Virus record (IMG/VR): IMGVR_UViG_3300009370_001221
Location: 171,364-235,363 of that record
DNA length: 64,000 bases
Reading direction: 5' to 3' (one strand)
This document shows positions 1-11,500 of this stretch, piece by piece. Within the stretch, counting starts at the first letter, position 1; each line of letters opens with the position of its first letter. A program made the translations under genes and the position numbers. The notes beneath the pieces were generated by a model that was given only the letters and a program-made list of their open reading frames with translations, was not told the DNA's origin and made no database searches.

Positions 1-20
1 AAGATAAAATTACGCAAGAC

Positions 21-434
21 ATGAAGGACGCAATGCGTTCAAAGGACAAGCAAAGGTTGGAAGCAATCCGTTTGCTACGTGCCGCTATTCAAAGACGTGA
101 AGTTGATGATCGTGCTGAGTTAGACGAAGCAGGAGTAATAAGTGTCATTGAAAAAATGGTAAAACAAGGCAAAGACTCCATTGAACAATTTGCAAAGGGT
201 AATAGGCAAGACCTTGTTGCTAAAGAAGAGTCTACTTTGGTAGTAATAGAGGAATATTTGCCTAAACAATTAAGCGAAGCAGAAGTAGATGCGTTAATAG
301 ACGAAGCCTTTAAGGAAACTGGCGCAAAAACAATTAAAGAGATGGGTAAAGTAATGGGTTGGATAAAACCCAAAGGGCAAGGAAAGGTAGACATGGGTGC
401 TGTTAGTGCTAAAATTAAAAAAAGGTTAACATGA
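21..434 (+). CDS. yqeY: GatB/YqeY domain protein (reading frame is open to the window edge, so the true start is probably upstream)
   Basis: MKDAMRSKDK..RL..IR.L.A.I, S.EQF.KG.R.DL..KE, YLP.QLS, MG.VM and G..D...VS are YqeY hallmarks. Confidence 0.85.
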   Translation: MKDAMRSKDKQRLEAIRLLRAAIQRREVDDRAELDEAGVISVIEKMVKQGKDSIEQFAKGNRQDLVAKEESTLVVIEEYLPKQLSEAEVDALIDEAFKETGAKTIKEMGKVMGWIKPKGQGKVDMGAVSAKIKKRLT

Positions 435-1537
435 AAATACTTGATAAACTAACAATGCGTTTACGTAGTGATGATTTTAGCACTATGGAAGTGTACATGG
501 ATGTTTATGACACACCTTTAGGACGTAAATGGTTAACTGCACTAAACGACATACTTAATCAAAACTTAATACTAGAAAAAAACTATTGTTTCATGGGATT
601 TATTTTTGGCCAAAGGGACGGTGAAGTAATTTTAAATGAAATAAATCACGCAATTAAATTTATAAACGAACATAGTAATATAGATTATAAAATAGAAACA
701 GATGAATACAATTTAGAAAATTGTTTACAGTATGGAGATGTTGGTATAGACTTGCCTGGACTAATGGTTAATCATGAAAGGTTTAATTGGTTACACAGAT
801 GGTTTGAAGAATTGCAAGGACACGATACTGGTGACGTAAAAACATCAATGACGTATCATTATTGGAGAGCAGACAAAGAAACAAAATACTATATTAGGCA
901 ATTAAACTTATTATGTCACGAGTTTGAAACGTGGGCATTAAGTAATCGTAAGTTAGTACAAGCACCAGAATGGATGCAAAAGTCGCAATTAATGTGTTGG
1001 CTAAACGCTCCTAGATTCAACTTAGATTCCGACGAGGACTTTACGGAGTTTGGTGTCCACGCACTAACAAAAAACTTCGGCGGTGTATATGTAGGTGTTA
1101 ATAAAGCAGTAGGCAAGACTCATTGGGAAGTATTTAATGACGAAGGAGGTGAATCGGGCTCACTGGGAGAAATAACAACTGCTTTATACACACAAACTAA
1201 AGCCGCCGGCGATTTTGATATAAATTGGTCGCCTAATGAACATTTTTCAGAGCATGAATGGAGAGAACGAAAAATAATTGAGTTTTGTGATTGGCTACGA
1301 AGTAATAATTTAGATCCAGATGATCCTTCATTAACATTAGGGCACCCAAAGGTAGGACAAGTTGACTTAGAACGTTCTTTTAATACGGAGAATACTCCTA
1401 TTGTTTGGTATGTTTTAAATAACTTTTTAGATGTACAAAGTTTAAAAACATCAGACGCATATGCAGAATGGAATTATCGTTGGTATGATGATAAATTTGT
1501 TAATATGTCAATAGAGGCCATGCCTGGTGTCTGTTAA
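431..1537 (+). CDS. hypothetical protein (368 aa)
   Basis: long ORF, start overlaps previous stop; no motif recognised. Confidence 0.7.
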   Translation: MKILDKLTMRLRSDDFSTMEVYMDVYDTPLGRKWLTALNDILNQNLILEKNYCFMGFIFGQRDGEVILNEINHAIKFINEHSNIDYKIETDEYNLENCLQYGDVGIDLPGLMVNHERFNWLHRWFEELQGHDTGDVKTSMTYHYWRADKETKYYIRQLNLLCHEFETWALSNRKLVQAPEWMQKSQLMCWLNAPRFNLDSDEDFTEFGVHALTKNFGGVYVGVNKAVGKTHWEVFNDEGGESGSLGEITTALYTQTKAAGDFDINWSPNEHFSEHEWRERKIIEFCDWLRSNNLDPDDPSLTLGHPKVGQVDLERSFNTENTPIVWYVLNNFLDVQSLKTSDAYAEWNYRWYDDKFVNMSIEAMPGVC

Positions 1538-2501
1538 ATTAGTAATATCAGGTGGTGATAGTTTTACCTTTGGCAGTGAGTTGTCAGATATTGATGAAAC
1601 TGGAAAGACGCTTGTCCAGCTAATGCCAAGTAAATTTTCCTGGGCAGATCTAGTAGCACAAAAATTAAAAGCAATACATATTAATACTGCTTGGCCTAGT
1701 CGAAGTAATAGTTTTATTACTAGGCATATCATACACGAAGTATCTAAAGCATTACACTACAATCAGAACATTAATTCCGGAATACTCGGACGGCCAGGCC
1801 GAATTCGTCCGTATAGACCTAATGAAATATTCGTTCAAGTAATGTGGACATATCTTGGAAGACACGAAGTTCTTGTTAATAATTTACTTCACGAGTATGA
1901 TCGAGGAGGCAAAGCAGGCAAGCCTGGAACTGGTCCAATATATTATGATAGACCGGATTCTCCATGGTTTAATGTAGATCCACATAGTGCTTTAGATGAT
2001 GTTGATAATAAACTTATAGGGTTTGCAAATTATATAGAAGAGTATTATAAAGTTACTGGAGAGTTAACTGATCATTATATATCTCTTAAAGAAATTTTAT
2101 TTTTACAAGAATTTTTAGAGAATAGAAACATTAAATATATGTTTACGTATGTACACTCTGAGGTTATAGATCAACTTACTGGTATAGATGTAAAAAATGA
2201 ATATACAACAGATTTAGATACACCTATAGATATTATTGATGAACTGCGTAGAGAAATAAAATTTGATGAGTGGTTTAGTTTTTCTTCTTGGGAAATGTTT
2301 GATAGAAAATCGTATGGTGGATTTAAACGCCCAGAAAAAGATTATATTGGTTTTTGGAATTGGGCAGCCGGATCACAACGCACAAGTCCAACAAAGAAGA
2401 GGAAAAAATATAAATTTGGTCCTGGAGGCCACCCATTAGAACAAGCACATATAGATGCGGCGGAGATAATATATGATCACATTAGTAATCTCTGGGGGTG
2501 A
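1527..2501 (+). CDS. SGNH/GDSL hydrolase-like protein
   Basis: N-terminal GGDSFTFG and C-terminal GHPLEQAH. Confidence 0.65.
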   Translation: MSVKLVISGGDSFTFGSELSDIDETGKTLVQLMPSKFSWADLVAQKLKAIHINTAWPSRSNSFITRHIIHEVSKALHYNQNINSGILGRPGRIRPYRPNEIFVQVMWTYLGRHEVLVNNLLHEYDRGGKAGKPGTGPIYYDRPDSPWFNVDPHSALDDVDNKLIGFANYIEEYYKVTGELTDHYISLKEILFLQEFLENRNIKYMFTYVHSEVIDQLTGIDVKNEYTTDLDTPIDIIDELRREIKFDEWFSFSSWEMFDRKSYGGFKRPEKDYIGFWNWAAGSQRTSPTKKRKKYKFGPGGHPLEQAHIDAAEIIYDHISNLWG

Positions 2502-3381
2502 TAGTTTCACGTTTGGTAGTGAATTGTCAGATGATTGTGGCACGATGCACGTGCCGGTAGTCACCAGCACACCCTATCATCGACCAACTCAACCTATAAG
2601 GCTAGGGCCATTCGCAGCTGCAAGTAAACATTCTTGGGCCAATTTAACAGCAAATAAATTAAATGCAAAACATATTAACACGGGAGAGAGTGGCCGTAGT
2701 AATTCCTATATTGTTAGGCATATTATTAATATAATATATGAAGCATTAGAACACAACTATAAACCTGACGAAATATTTGTTCAAGTAATGTGGACATTTG
2801 TGGCAAGACAAGAAATTGCTGTAAATTTTGACATAAAAAGGTATGATAGTCCGTGGTTTGCTGTAGATCCTTATGTATGTGAGGATGAGACTAAATCAAA
2901 TTGGTTTAAAAAAGTATCCAAAAGTGTGCCAAATTGGCAAGAAGTACATGATGATATGCATAAGCGATATTTAATAAACAAAGATTTAGGGTTAGTAGAC
3001 TATGCAAAATCATATTATACAGTTGTAAGTGATTTGCATGACAAATATACATCACTACAGAAAATTTTAATGCTACAAGACTTTTTAGAGAGTAGAAATG
3101 TTAAATATATGTTTACATATGTCAATGAACATGTAATGAAAGGCCTTATTAGTATAGATAAGTTTACTAATGGCTTACATAGTTTTATAAAATTTGATGA
3201 GTGGTTTAAATTTCCCGGCGATAAAGAGTTTATGGGGTTCGATGATTGGGCAAAAGCAAATGGTTATCCATATGCTACGTCACATCCACTTGAACAGGCA
3301 CATAAAGATGCCGCGGAACTGTTATATGAAAAAGCCAAACAAATTATCACAGGAAGCGTGGGGCCAATACCCGGAGAGTGA
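2473..3381 (+). CDS. SGNH/GDSL hydrolase-like protein, paralogue of 1527..2501
   Basis: LVISGGDSFTFGSELSD identical to upstream gene; SHPLEQAH. Confidence 0.65.
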   Translation: MITLVISGGDSFTFGSELSDDCGTMHVPVVTSTPYHRPTQPIRLGPFAAASKHSWANLTANKLNAKHINTGESGRSNSYIVRHIINIIYEALEHNYKPDEIFVQVMWTFVARQEIAVNFDIKRYDSPWFAVDPYVCEDETKSNWFKKVSKSVPNWQEVHDDMHKRYLINKDLGLVDYAKSYYTVVSDLHDKYTSLQKILMLQDFLESRNVKYMFTYVNEHVMKGLISIDKFTNGLHSFIKFDEWFKFPGDKEFMGFDDWAKANGYPYATSHPLEQAHKDAAELLYEKAKQIITGSVGPIPGE

Positions 3382-3382
3382 T

Positions 3383-3532
3383 GTGCAAGAAAAATTAAAA
3401 AGTTTAATAGTACACAAACCTAGTAAAGGTTATCGTTGGTTACGGGATAAGATACTTACTATTAAACGAGAACTTAAATATCGTAAACGTTTAAAAGAAT
3501 TGAAAAAGAAAGATCCATTTATATATAAATGA
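3383..3532 (+). CDS. small basic hypothetical protein (GTG start)
   Basis: GGAG upstream of GTG at 3383; fills gap between two genes; Lys/Arg-rich. Confidence 0.55.
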   Translation: MQEKLKSLIVHKPSKGYRWLRDKILTIKRELKYRKRLKELKKKDPFIYK

Positions 3533-3771
3533 ACATATTAGATTTACACGGTTATAACTTACAAGATGCATACAACGAAACATTAAGTTTTCTCAGAGAT
3601 ATGCACAAAGACAAAGAGAAAAAAGTAAAAGTTATTACTGGTAAAGGAGCAATTGCAAAAGAATTCCCTTTTTGGATAGAAAAAAGTTCTTATATAAAAA
3701 GGTTTGAACCAACAAATGATGGAGGTTGTTGGTACATCACTATGGCTGATCAATACCGACCAACAATGTAA
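3529..3771 (+). CDS. stand-alone Smr domain protein
   Basis: LDLHG, VITGKG and NDGG motifs of the Smr/MutS2 C-terminal domain. Confidence 0.8.
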   Translation: MNILDLHGYNLQDAYNETLSFLRDMHKDKEKKVKVITGKGAIAKEFPFWIEKSSYIKRFEPTNDGGCWYITMADQYRPTM

Positions 3772-4358
3772 TGATTTTTACCAATGGTGATAGTTTTACT
3801 TACGGAGATGAATTAGATAAACCGTATAGCGAAGCATGGCCGTATATTTTATCACAGATGCTTAATTTAGACGTAGTAAATTTTGGTGAAAATGGTAAAG
3901 ATAATGCTGGTATAGTACAAACAACAAAAGATTATTGGTCTATTACTGGTAGTTTTTCTGAAGCCTTCCCGCCTACAATTTGGATTATACAGTGGTCAAC
4001 ATTCAGACGATTTAACGACAACCCCCCAATAGATGTAATATTACAAAAATTAGACAAGCAATATTTGCTTGATTTATACTTTGTACATGTAAGAGACTTA
4101 CAAGATTGGTTTGAAGAGCATAATTTTTCTTATATAATGTTTAATGGTTTTGATAATGAAAAATACATAAGTGATAGTGATTCAGAGTTTAAGCAACTAG
4201 TTGACGATAAGTATTTTATAGGCTGGCCAGATGAAGCAGTAGTAAATTGGGTATATGAATATGAACATGGTCCTAGAGGCCACCCAAGAGCAGAAGGCCA
4301 TAGAAGAATAGCGGAAATACTCTATGAAAATATTAGGAGTAAGTTGCGGTTTCCATGA
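3771..4358 (+). CDS. SGNH/GDSL hydrolase-like protein
   Basis: NGDSFTYG ... GHPRAEGH. Confidence 0.65.
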   Translation: MIFTNGDSFTYGDELDKPYSEAWPYILSQMLNLDVVNFGENGKDNAGIVQTTKDYWSITGSFSEAFPPTIWIIQWSTFRRFNDNPPIDVILQKLDKQYLLDLYFVHVRDLQDWFEEHNFSYIMFNGFDNEKYISDSDSEFKQLVDDKYFIGWPDEAVVNWVYEYEHGPRGHPRAEGHRRIAEILYENIRSKLRFP

Positions 4359-5925
4359 TGCGGCAATTAGTTTAATAGATGACGGTGAAATATTGTTCGC
4401 TGGACACGCAGAACGTTATAGCAAAGTAAAACACGATAAAGAATTAAACAGCAAGTTACTTAACAACGCATTAGATTATGGTTACCCCGATTTTGTCTCA
4501 TACTATGAAAATCCGTGGCTTAAGAAAACTAGACAGTTGTATTCCGGGCAATGGAAAGACTTGTTTACAGAGTTTAGCATTAAAAAGAAAATAGCATACA
4601 ACACAGGGTTTAGATGGAACAAAACTAGTTTTAATTATCATAATCATCACCACAGCCACGCCGCCGCAGGCTTCCAAACAAGTCCTTTTAATGATGCCAC
4701 TGTAGTAGTAATAGATGCTATTGGAGAATGGGATTGTATTACGTTATGGAATGCATATTATGATGGTAATGGCCAAGCCTGCTATGAAAGAATTTGGGGA
4801 GCAAAGTATCCTAATAGTGTAGGACTGTTTTACAGTGCGATGACGCAAAAAGTTGGCTTGCGGCCGTTAGATGAAGAGTATATTTTAATGGGTATGGCAG
4901 CATATGGAGAGCCAATTTATAATAGAGAAATACTAGATAAGTTTTGGAAAATTGGCGGTCCGAAAATACTTCGTGCAAGAGAAAACTTACATTTAGGCAC
5001 TGATTGGCACAGTGGCCCGCCATGGACGTCACAAGATGACGATATGGTAGAACAAGACCAATACGATATAGCCGCTTCTGCTCAAGTTGCACTAGAACAA
5101 GTTGTAACATACATAATGAATTTTGCACGGCGTATTGGCAAGTCTCCTAATTTAGTTTACATGGGAGGTGTTGCGTTAAATTGCGTTTGTAATACTAATA
5201 TTTCCCGCATTTGGGAGGATGTTTGGATTATGCCCAATCCTGGTGATGCTGGCAGTAGTTTAGGCGCGGCCGCCCTAACATATGGTAAGAAACTAAACTG
5301 GCGAGGGCCGTTCCTGGGGTATGATATAAAAGGTGAATACCCAGATGGAGAAATTATAAAAGAATTAATGTCCTCACGTCAAATTGTGGGCGTTGCCAAC
5401 GGTAGAGCGGAGTTTGGTCCAAGGGCACTAGGCAATAGGACATTGTTTGCTGATCCACGCGGGCCAGACATTAAAGATAAAGTAAATGAGATAAAGCGTC
5501 GGCAAAAGTTTAGGCCGTTTGCTCCAATGATACTCGAAGAGAGATCAGAAGAGTACTTTGAAATGCCACTAGTAACTACACCAGCACATCCTTCTACACG
5601 CCCTTCTTTTTCCGTACATAAGTCAGGTCAACCGCATCATTTTACAATGACACACATTCCAAGTCCGTTTATGCAGTATGTAGGACGGTGTAGACAGCCA
5701 GATAAGTTTCCGGCGATTGTACATAAGGATGGCACAAGCAGAGTGCAGACGGTAGGGCCAAATGATAATCCTAATGTACGTAAATTGCTTAAGATGTGGG
5801 AATATTATACAGGTTGTCCAATGTTGTTAAATACTAGTTTAAACATTAGAGGCGAGCCAATGGTAAATGACATTGAAGACGCCAAGCGTTTTACTGAACT
5901 ATATGGTGTAAAAGTATGCACATAA
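4324..5925 (+). CDS. O-carbamoyltransferase (NodU/CmcH/TobZ family)
   Basis: HDAA, ER.S..KH, HH.SHAA, DAIGE, GGVALN, GR.EFGPRALGNR, RPFAP, DGTSRVQTV, LNTSLN..GEP. Confidence 0.93.
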   Translation: MKILGVSCGFHDAAISLIDDGEILFAGHAERYSKVKHDKELNSKLLNNALDYGYPDFVSYYENPWLKKTRQLYSGQWKDLFTEFSIKKKIAYNTGFRWNKTSFNYHNHHHSHAAAGFQTSPFNDATVVVIDAIGEWDCITLWNAYYDGNGQACYERIWGAKYPNSVGLFYSAMTQKVGLRPLDEEYILMGMAAYGEPIYNREILDKFWKIGGPKILRARENLHLGTDWHSGPPWTSQDDDMVEQDQYDIAASAQVALEQVVTYIMNFARRIGKSPNLVYMGGVALNCVCNTNISRIWEDVWIMPNPGDAGSSLGAAALTYGKKLNWRGPFLGYDIKGEYPDGEIIKELMSSRQIVGVANGRAEFGPRALGNRTLFADPRGPDIKDKVNEIKRRQKFRPFAPMILEERSEEYFEMPLVTTPAHPSTRPSFSVHKSGQPHHFTMTHIPSPFMQYVGRCRQPDKFPAIVHKDGTSRVQTVGPNDNPNVRKLLKMWEYYTGCPMLLNTSLNIRGEPMVNDIEDAKRFTELYGVKVCT

Positions 5926-5968
5926 AAATTTCGCCACACCAGGTAGTTTATTTGGGTGTGACTCGGCC

Positions 5969-6658
5969 ATGACCTCCATTGCATTTTGTGGTGATAGTTT
6001 TTGTAAAATATATGACGAACAACCATATCTGGGATGGCCAAATTTATTATGGCACCATTATGATGCTAACATTGTATGTGACGGTATGGCCGGCTGTGCT
6101 TTAATTCATTCGTATGAAAAGCTTTTACCAGTGGTAGATAAAGCAGATTATGTAATATTTTGTATTACAGATCCTGCTAGGTTACCAAATAGAGAAGCAT
6201 TGCCAATGTTTTACAATCCAAGGCCCTGGATTGGATGCTCCGGGGACCGCGGCCCACCTTCTACAATCGAACAATCCGCTCTTAAATATTATAAACATAT
6301 TTTTTATGAAGAATATCATAACATGGCACAAAAAGGTATATTAATGCAAATAGATGAATTAATGGTTCAAAAACAAAAAAAATGTATTTGGTTTCCTTGT
6401 TTTGAAAATAGTATGCAAGAATATATACCACAAAGTGGACCAATTGCTGATATTAGCTTAGGAGAAATTAGCTTCAATGAATATAAAAATAAAGGTTTTT
6501 CTAAGAAAAAATACAGTGATGTAAAAATAGAAGATGATAGAATATGTCATTTGAGTGAAGAAAATAATATTAAGATGGCTAATTTAATTATTGATATAAT
6601 TAAAAATGATAATTTTAATCCTAAAGAAATAAAACTGGGAGATTATTTTAATGGCTAA
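5969..6658 (+). CDS. SGNH/GDSL hydrolase-like protein
   Basis: CGDSF ... CHLSEENN. Confidence 0.55.
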   Translation: MTSIAFCGDSFCKIYDEQPYLGWPNLLWHHYDANIVCDGMAGCALIHSYEKLLPVVDKADYVIFCITDPARLPNREALPMFYNPRPWIGCSGDRGPPSTIEQSALKYYKHIFYEEYHNMAQKGILMQIDELMVQKQKKCIWFPCFENSMQEYIPQSGPIADISLGEISFNEYKNKGFSKKKYSDVKIEDDRICHLSEENNIKMANLIIDIIKNDNFNPKEIKLGDYFNG

Positions 6659-7343
6659 AAACGGAAAGAGTGATGTTAGTAAACATGATTTTGAAAAACT
6701 AGCAAATAGTAAGAAAAGTAAAGACAGAACACCATTCCCTGCAGGGAAGGTTCCTGAACGTGAATCAGAAGATACTATAGTTATCTATGGTGCTAAACGT
6801 GCTGGTAATCATTACTTACAGAGTTATTTTCATTCAATTGGTGAGAAGTGTGAGTTTAGGCATGAAGCAGCTCATGCTAAAAAGTTATTTTTAACAAAAG
6901 GCAAACAGTTAATTATACTTGTACGTAATCCAGAAGACCAGATAATATCTAATACCTATAGTATGTTTAATGCTGATAAAGATGGGTATGGTGTTGGTAC
7001 AAAAGATCGACCATTAAAAGATTTATCTGCCCAGGCTATACCTTATCAAGTAGTAGGACAAGCATGTGAATATTTAAAAAAATTCACAGACACTATGATT
7101 ACATTAACTATGTCATATCCATTTCAATTCGTATTGTATGATACCATAATACAGAATAAATTAAATAGTATATACACGCAACGTGATCCACAGTACTATA
7201 AAGATTATATATTAAATTACGACGATATTTTAATAATGTTAGCAAATAGCGATATTTGTGAATATTGTTTAACACATTGGCGTGCTTATAACTTACAACA
7301 AACTGTCTACTATCCAGAATTAGCAAATGTTAATAAATCGTAA
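6651..7343 (+). CDS. sulfotransferase-like protein
   Basis: IYGAKRAGNHYL (5'-PSB-like loop) and LVRNPEDQIIS (3'-PB-like). Confidence 0.55.
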   Translation: MAKNGKSDVSKHDFEKLANSKKSKDRTPFPAGKVPERESEDTIVIYGAKRAGNHYLQSYFHSIGEKCEFRHEAAHAKKLFLTKGKQLIILVRNPEDQIISNTYSMFNADKDGYGVGTKDRPLKDLSAQAIPYQVVGQACEYLKKFTDTMITLTMSYPFQFVLYDTIIQNKLNSIYTQRDPQYYKDYILNYDDILIMLANSDICEYCLTHWRAYNLQQTVYYPELANVNKS

Positions 7344-8508
7344 AATTCTCTCAAATACTACGGCAACTAAATTCCAAGTAAGAAGAAAATATAGAGAACG
7401 TAAAGGTCCTTTATTAGAAAAAGATTATACATGTTGGTATCCACATCGTAGTCTAACAATTGATCAACTAGGAGAATGTTATATATGTACATGTGAAGCA
7501 TGGTTACCTTATTCTGTTGGAAATATTTTAGAATTCGATGATCTTACCGACATTTGGACTAATAATATTGCTAGAAAACTCCAAAACAATACTAAAACCG
7601 GCACAACATTTAAATTTTGTGATACTTCAATTTGTAATCCGTGGTCAAAATCGTATCAACAAGCAAGAGCGTTACCATATCAAATTGCAATTTGTACAGA
7701 TGATAGTTGTAATTTGCGATGCCCTAGTTGTCGTACTGATCTGATTCATTTTAATAAAGGTCCAATATACGAAAAAAGAAAATTATATACTGATAGAATT
7801 ACATCGTTAATGAAAGACTTTGATCTACCTGTTTCGTGTGCTTTGGGTGGTAGTGGAGAGATTTTTAGTTCTAAAATTTTGTCTGATGTTTTGTATAATT
7901 ATGAGCCAAATGATAAACATCGATTTAAAATTAAAACTAATGGAACTCTTATAGATAACCGAGTTAAAGATAGTCCAATTATGCAAAAACTTTCAGAATT
8001 TACAATCAGTATTGATGCTGGGAGCAAATCAGTATATGATGTTGTAAGACCTCCGGCTAACTGGAATAAATTAAGATCAAATTTAGATTTTTTAAGGGAA
8101 AATAATTTTCAATTATCTTTTAATTTTGTCCTCCAAAAAGCCAATTTATATGATGTAATTAATTTTGCAGATTTATGTGAGCATTATGGTGCTATAGGAC
8201 ACTATGAAGGTATAAATGATTGGGGTACATGGAATTACGAAACTTATTTAAAACAAAGAATCCATCAACCTGAAGATGAATTATATTCCGAGTGGAATAA
8301 AATTAAAGAACAACTTCTTCAGCATTCATGGAGAGATTATTTAATATTTGCTTCTAATATTGATACAGAAAACCAATTTACATATGAGAGATTATATTCC
8401 AAACACCCAAACAAGAATTATTTACCGCTAGGATACAATGAAAATGATGGGACATACCACAGTGAAAGACATCCGATGCTAGGTCTTAAATGGACATTAG
8501 ATAATTAA
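7327..8508 (+). CDS. radical SAM protein with SPASM/twitch-like Cys motifs
   Basis: CNLRCPSC (CxxxCxxC), GGSGE, SIDAG; N-terminal C..P...ID..G.CY.C. Confidence 0.85.
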   Translation: MLINRKILSNTTATKFQVRRKYRERKGPLLEKDYTCWYPHRSLTIDQLGECYICTCEAWLPYSVGNILEFDDLTDIWTNNIARKLQNNTKTGTTFKFCDTSICNPWSKSYQQARALPYQIAICTDDSCNLRCPSCRTDLIHFNKGPIYEKRKLYTDRITSLMKDFDLPVSCALGGSGEIFSSKILSDVLYNYEPNDKHRFKIKTNGTLIDNRVKDSPIMQKLSEFTISIDAGSKSVYDVVRPPANWNKLRSNLDFLRENNFQLSFNFVLQKANLYDVINFADLCEHYGAIGHYEGINDWGTWNYETYLKQRIHQPEDELYSEWNKIKEQLLQHSWRDYLIFASNIDTENQFTYERLYSKHPNKNYLPLGYNENDGTYHSERHPMLGLKWTLDN

Positions 8509-8514
8509 TTAGTT

Positions 8515-11500
8515 ATGTACGACAAAATATATAGGAAAGATTATGATATTCAACAGGCGTCCGAAAGATGTAAAACGAGACATTATTGGTACATTGATAA
8601 TGGGGTTGATTGTAGTGATTTTGATTTTAATTGGACTCCTGTTCCATGGGAATCTAGATTTACTCACGTATTCCCTAGTAAATGGCAACGTGACGGAGGT
8701 ATTAGGTTAGTAAACAAAGACTATCCTAATGGCGATGTTAAATTTAATAAAGAAAAGCAAGTTAGTAGAGTTCCCATTAAAGATAAATGGGTACTTGATC
8801 CTGATACTGATTATATCCATTTTGATTTTAGCTGGCATCCAGATACATTTACAGGGGTATATACTTATGTCTTCCCATCACAGTGGCAACGTGATGGAGG
8901 TACTAGGTATGTAATAGAGCCTGACGCTCCTATTAAATACGTATCTGATCAAGTAACAGTAAGAATACCAAATAAGGATAATTGGAGGCTGAACAAATAT
9001 ACTGACTATACTAATTTCGACTTTAGTTGGCATCCAGATTTATCGCAAGGCGTGTATAATTATATATTCCCATCACAGTGGCAACGTGATGGCGGCACAC
9101 AATATATGGTTGACCGGCTCGCTTTTCCTAAGTACGTATCCGATCAAATAACAAAACGCATTAGTGATTTAAGATATTGGACAATACCAGATGATGTAGA
9201 TACTGATGCGTTTGACTTTAGTTGGCATCCTGATCCAGCACATGGATCATGGACATACGTTTTTCCTTCATTATGGCAACGTAATAGTAGCGTAACGTAT
9301 CGTATAATGCCAGACGCACCAAAAAAATATGTAAGTGATCAAGTAATACGTCCACTACCTAATAAAAAAGATTGGATAATTCCTGACAATATAGATGAGG
9401 ATAGTTTTGATTTTAGTTGGATGCCTGACCCAGATGATCCTCCATACATATATGTTTTTGGCACACAATGGCAAAAGGATGGCGGCCCAATATATAAAGT
9501 AGAAGGTGCTACTGAAATATCTTACTGTACTGAACAATATGCAAAAGCAGTACCGGGTAGAATGCGTCACTGGCATATAACACCAACAGGCACAGACTAT
9601 AGTTCATTTGATTTTAGTTGGCATCCAGAAGAGGCACAAAAAGACTATAAACACATATTTGGTACACAATGGCAAAGAACAAGTCCTATATATTACTATA
9701 GCGGAAGTGATCCTAACCCTAAAGTAAATTACGTAAGTGACCAACGTGTTACAATGAAAAGTAATGCGTTGCCACGTTACACAATAGAAACAACACTAGA
9801 AGATTTAATAGAATCACATCCTGAAGAACGCTTTTGGGCGTTAAATGCAGAGATGGATTATGACAAGTTTGATTTTAGTTGGCATCCTGATTTAAGTCAA
9901 ATGGATTATGTCCATGTGTTTGGTTCTCAGTGGCAAAAGCATAGTCAAACATACTATGTTAATGCTCCTGCTTATTTGAAAGGTAATACCCACTTAAATT
10001 TTGTGGGTGATCAAAAGGTAGTAGCGAATAGTACTCTAGATATATTTTATATGGACAGAGGTGGTGAAGGAAGTAAGGAACGCTTCAATTCACTGGCTCT
10101 GAGACACTCTCAGACGCTCAAGACACGCTACTTTGGTAATACTCGCGATACTTTACTGCGTTGTGCTAAAAAATGCAAGACAAAGCGTTTTTGGGCGGTG
10201 TCAAGTGAGAATAGTTATGGTGATTTTAATTTTGACTGGCATTGTGAGCCATGGCAAAATGGTATGCTCCATGTGTTTGGTTCAAAATGGAATAAATGGA
10301 GTAATACGTTCCTTGTAAATGCTGATGACTTTATTCGTACGTTTGATTGGGCAGATAAAATAGAGGATGTGTATAATTTAAACTTCGTAGAGGATCAACT
10401 AGTAACTACACTGGATGATTTAAACAATATTATATTTTTGGACTTTGGTAACAGTAATGCTGAAGAAGCATATGAAACTGTATACAGTAAGCACCCAAGA
10501 GTTAAACGTATACGCTTTTTTGACAACTATTTGGATACATTTAAGAGAATAATGGCCAAAGCCGATACAGATTATTTTTGGGTCACTAGTAGCATATGCG
10601 ATTATAGCCAATTTGACTTTAGTTGGCAACCGGAGCCGTGGCAGGACACAATGTTACACACATTCCAAAGCGGAGAACAGAAGTTTGGTGATACTTTCTA
10701 TGTTAATAAGGCACATGCAGAGGAACAGTTAAAAGATATTAAGTTATTGGACTGGTATGACAAAGTAAACTATTGTAATGAGCAAATAGTAACAAGAACA
10801 GAGTGGCCTGAAGTAATATATGACACAGATTTAGTTACTGCTATAAAAGAACACACATTTGAGTCACCTTATGTTGCTTTTAAACATAGATCAATGGCCG
10901 AATATAAAACAAATTACGACCCAAGTGTTTGGCGCTCAGAAGATCGCTCTTTACACGTACTTTCACAGAGTGGATCTGTGTCCGTAGTACCGAAAGACTG
11001 TAAAGAGCAAATTTCAAGGCAAGTTTATGACTATCCCTATATCTTGCGCCACGAAGGCATTTATATGCCCGATAAACCACAAGATATAGTGTTTATTTCA
11101 TATGATGAAAAGAATGCCCAGGAAAACTATGAAGTGTTATTAAAATCCTTTCCATATGCTAAACGAGTTGATGGCGTAGAGGGTATGCTTAATGCTATGC
11201 AAGAAGCGGCACGTATATGTGAAACTCCATACTTTTATGCTGTATTTGCTAAAACAGTATTGCATGAAAACTTTAAATTCAACTACCAACCCGATTGGTT
11301 ATCTAATCCTAAAAACTATGTCTTTTATGCGTATAATCCTGTGTTAGACTATAGTTATGGACACGGTAGTATTGTTATGTACGATGCAGAGTGGCTTAAG
11401 GATGTTACAGAGGCAGAATTAGATATAGATTTTACAACTACACACGAAATAGAAGTAATACCTGAGGTAAGTTGTATAAACGTATTTGACAGTGAATATA

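Noticed and set aside
5560-5670. ~30-aa insertion in the carbamoyltransferase (TPAHPSTRPSFSVHKSGQPHHF)
   Set aside because: Too short for an intein, no C/S...HN splice motifs and no frame disruption; probably a loop insertion.
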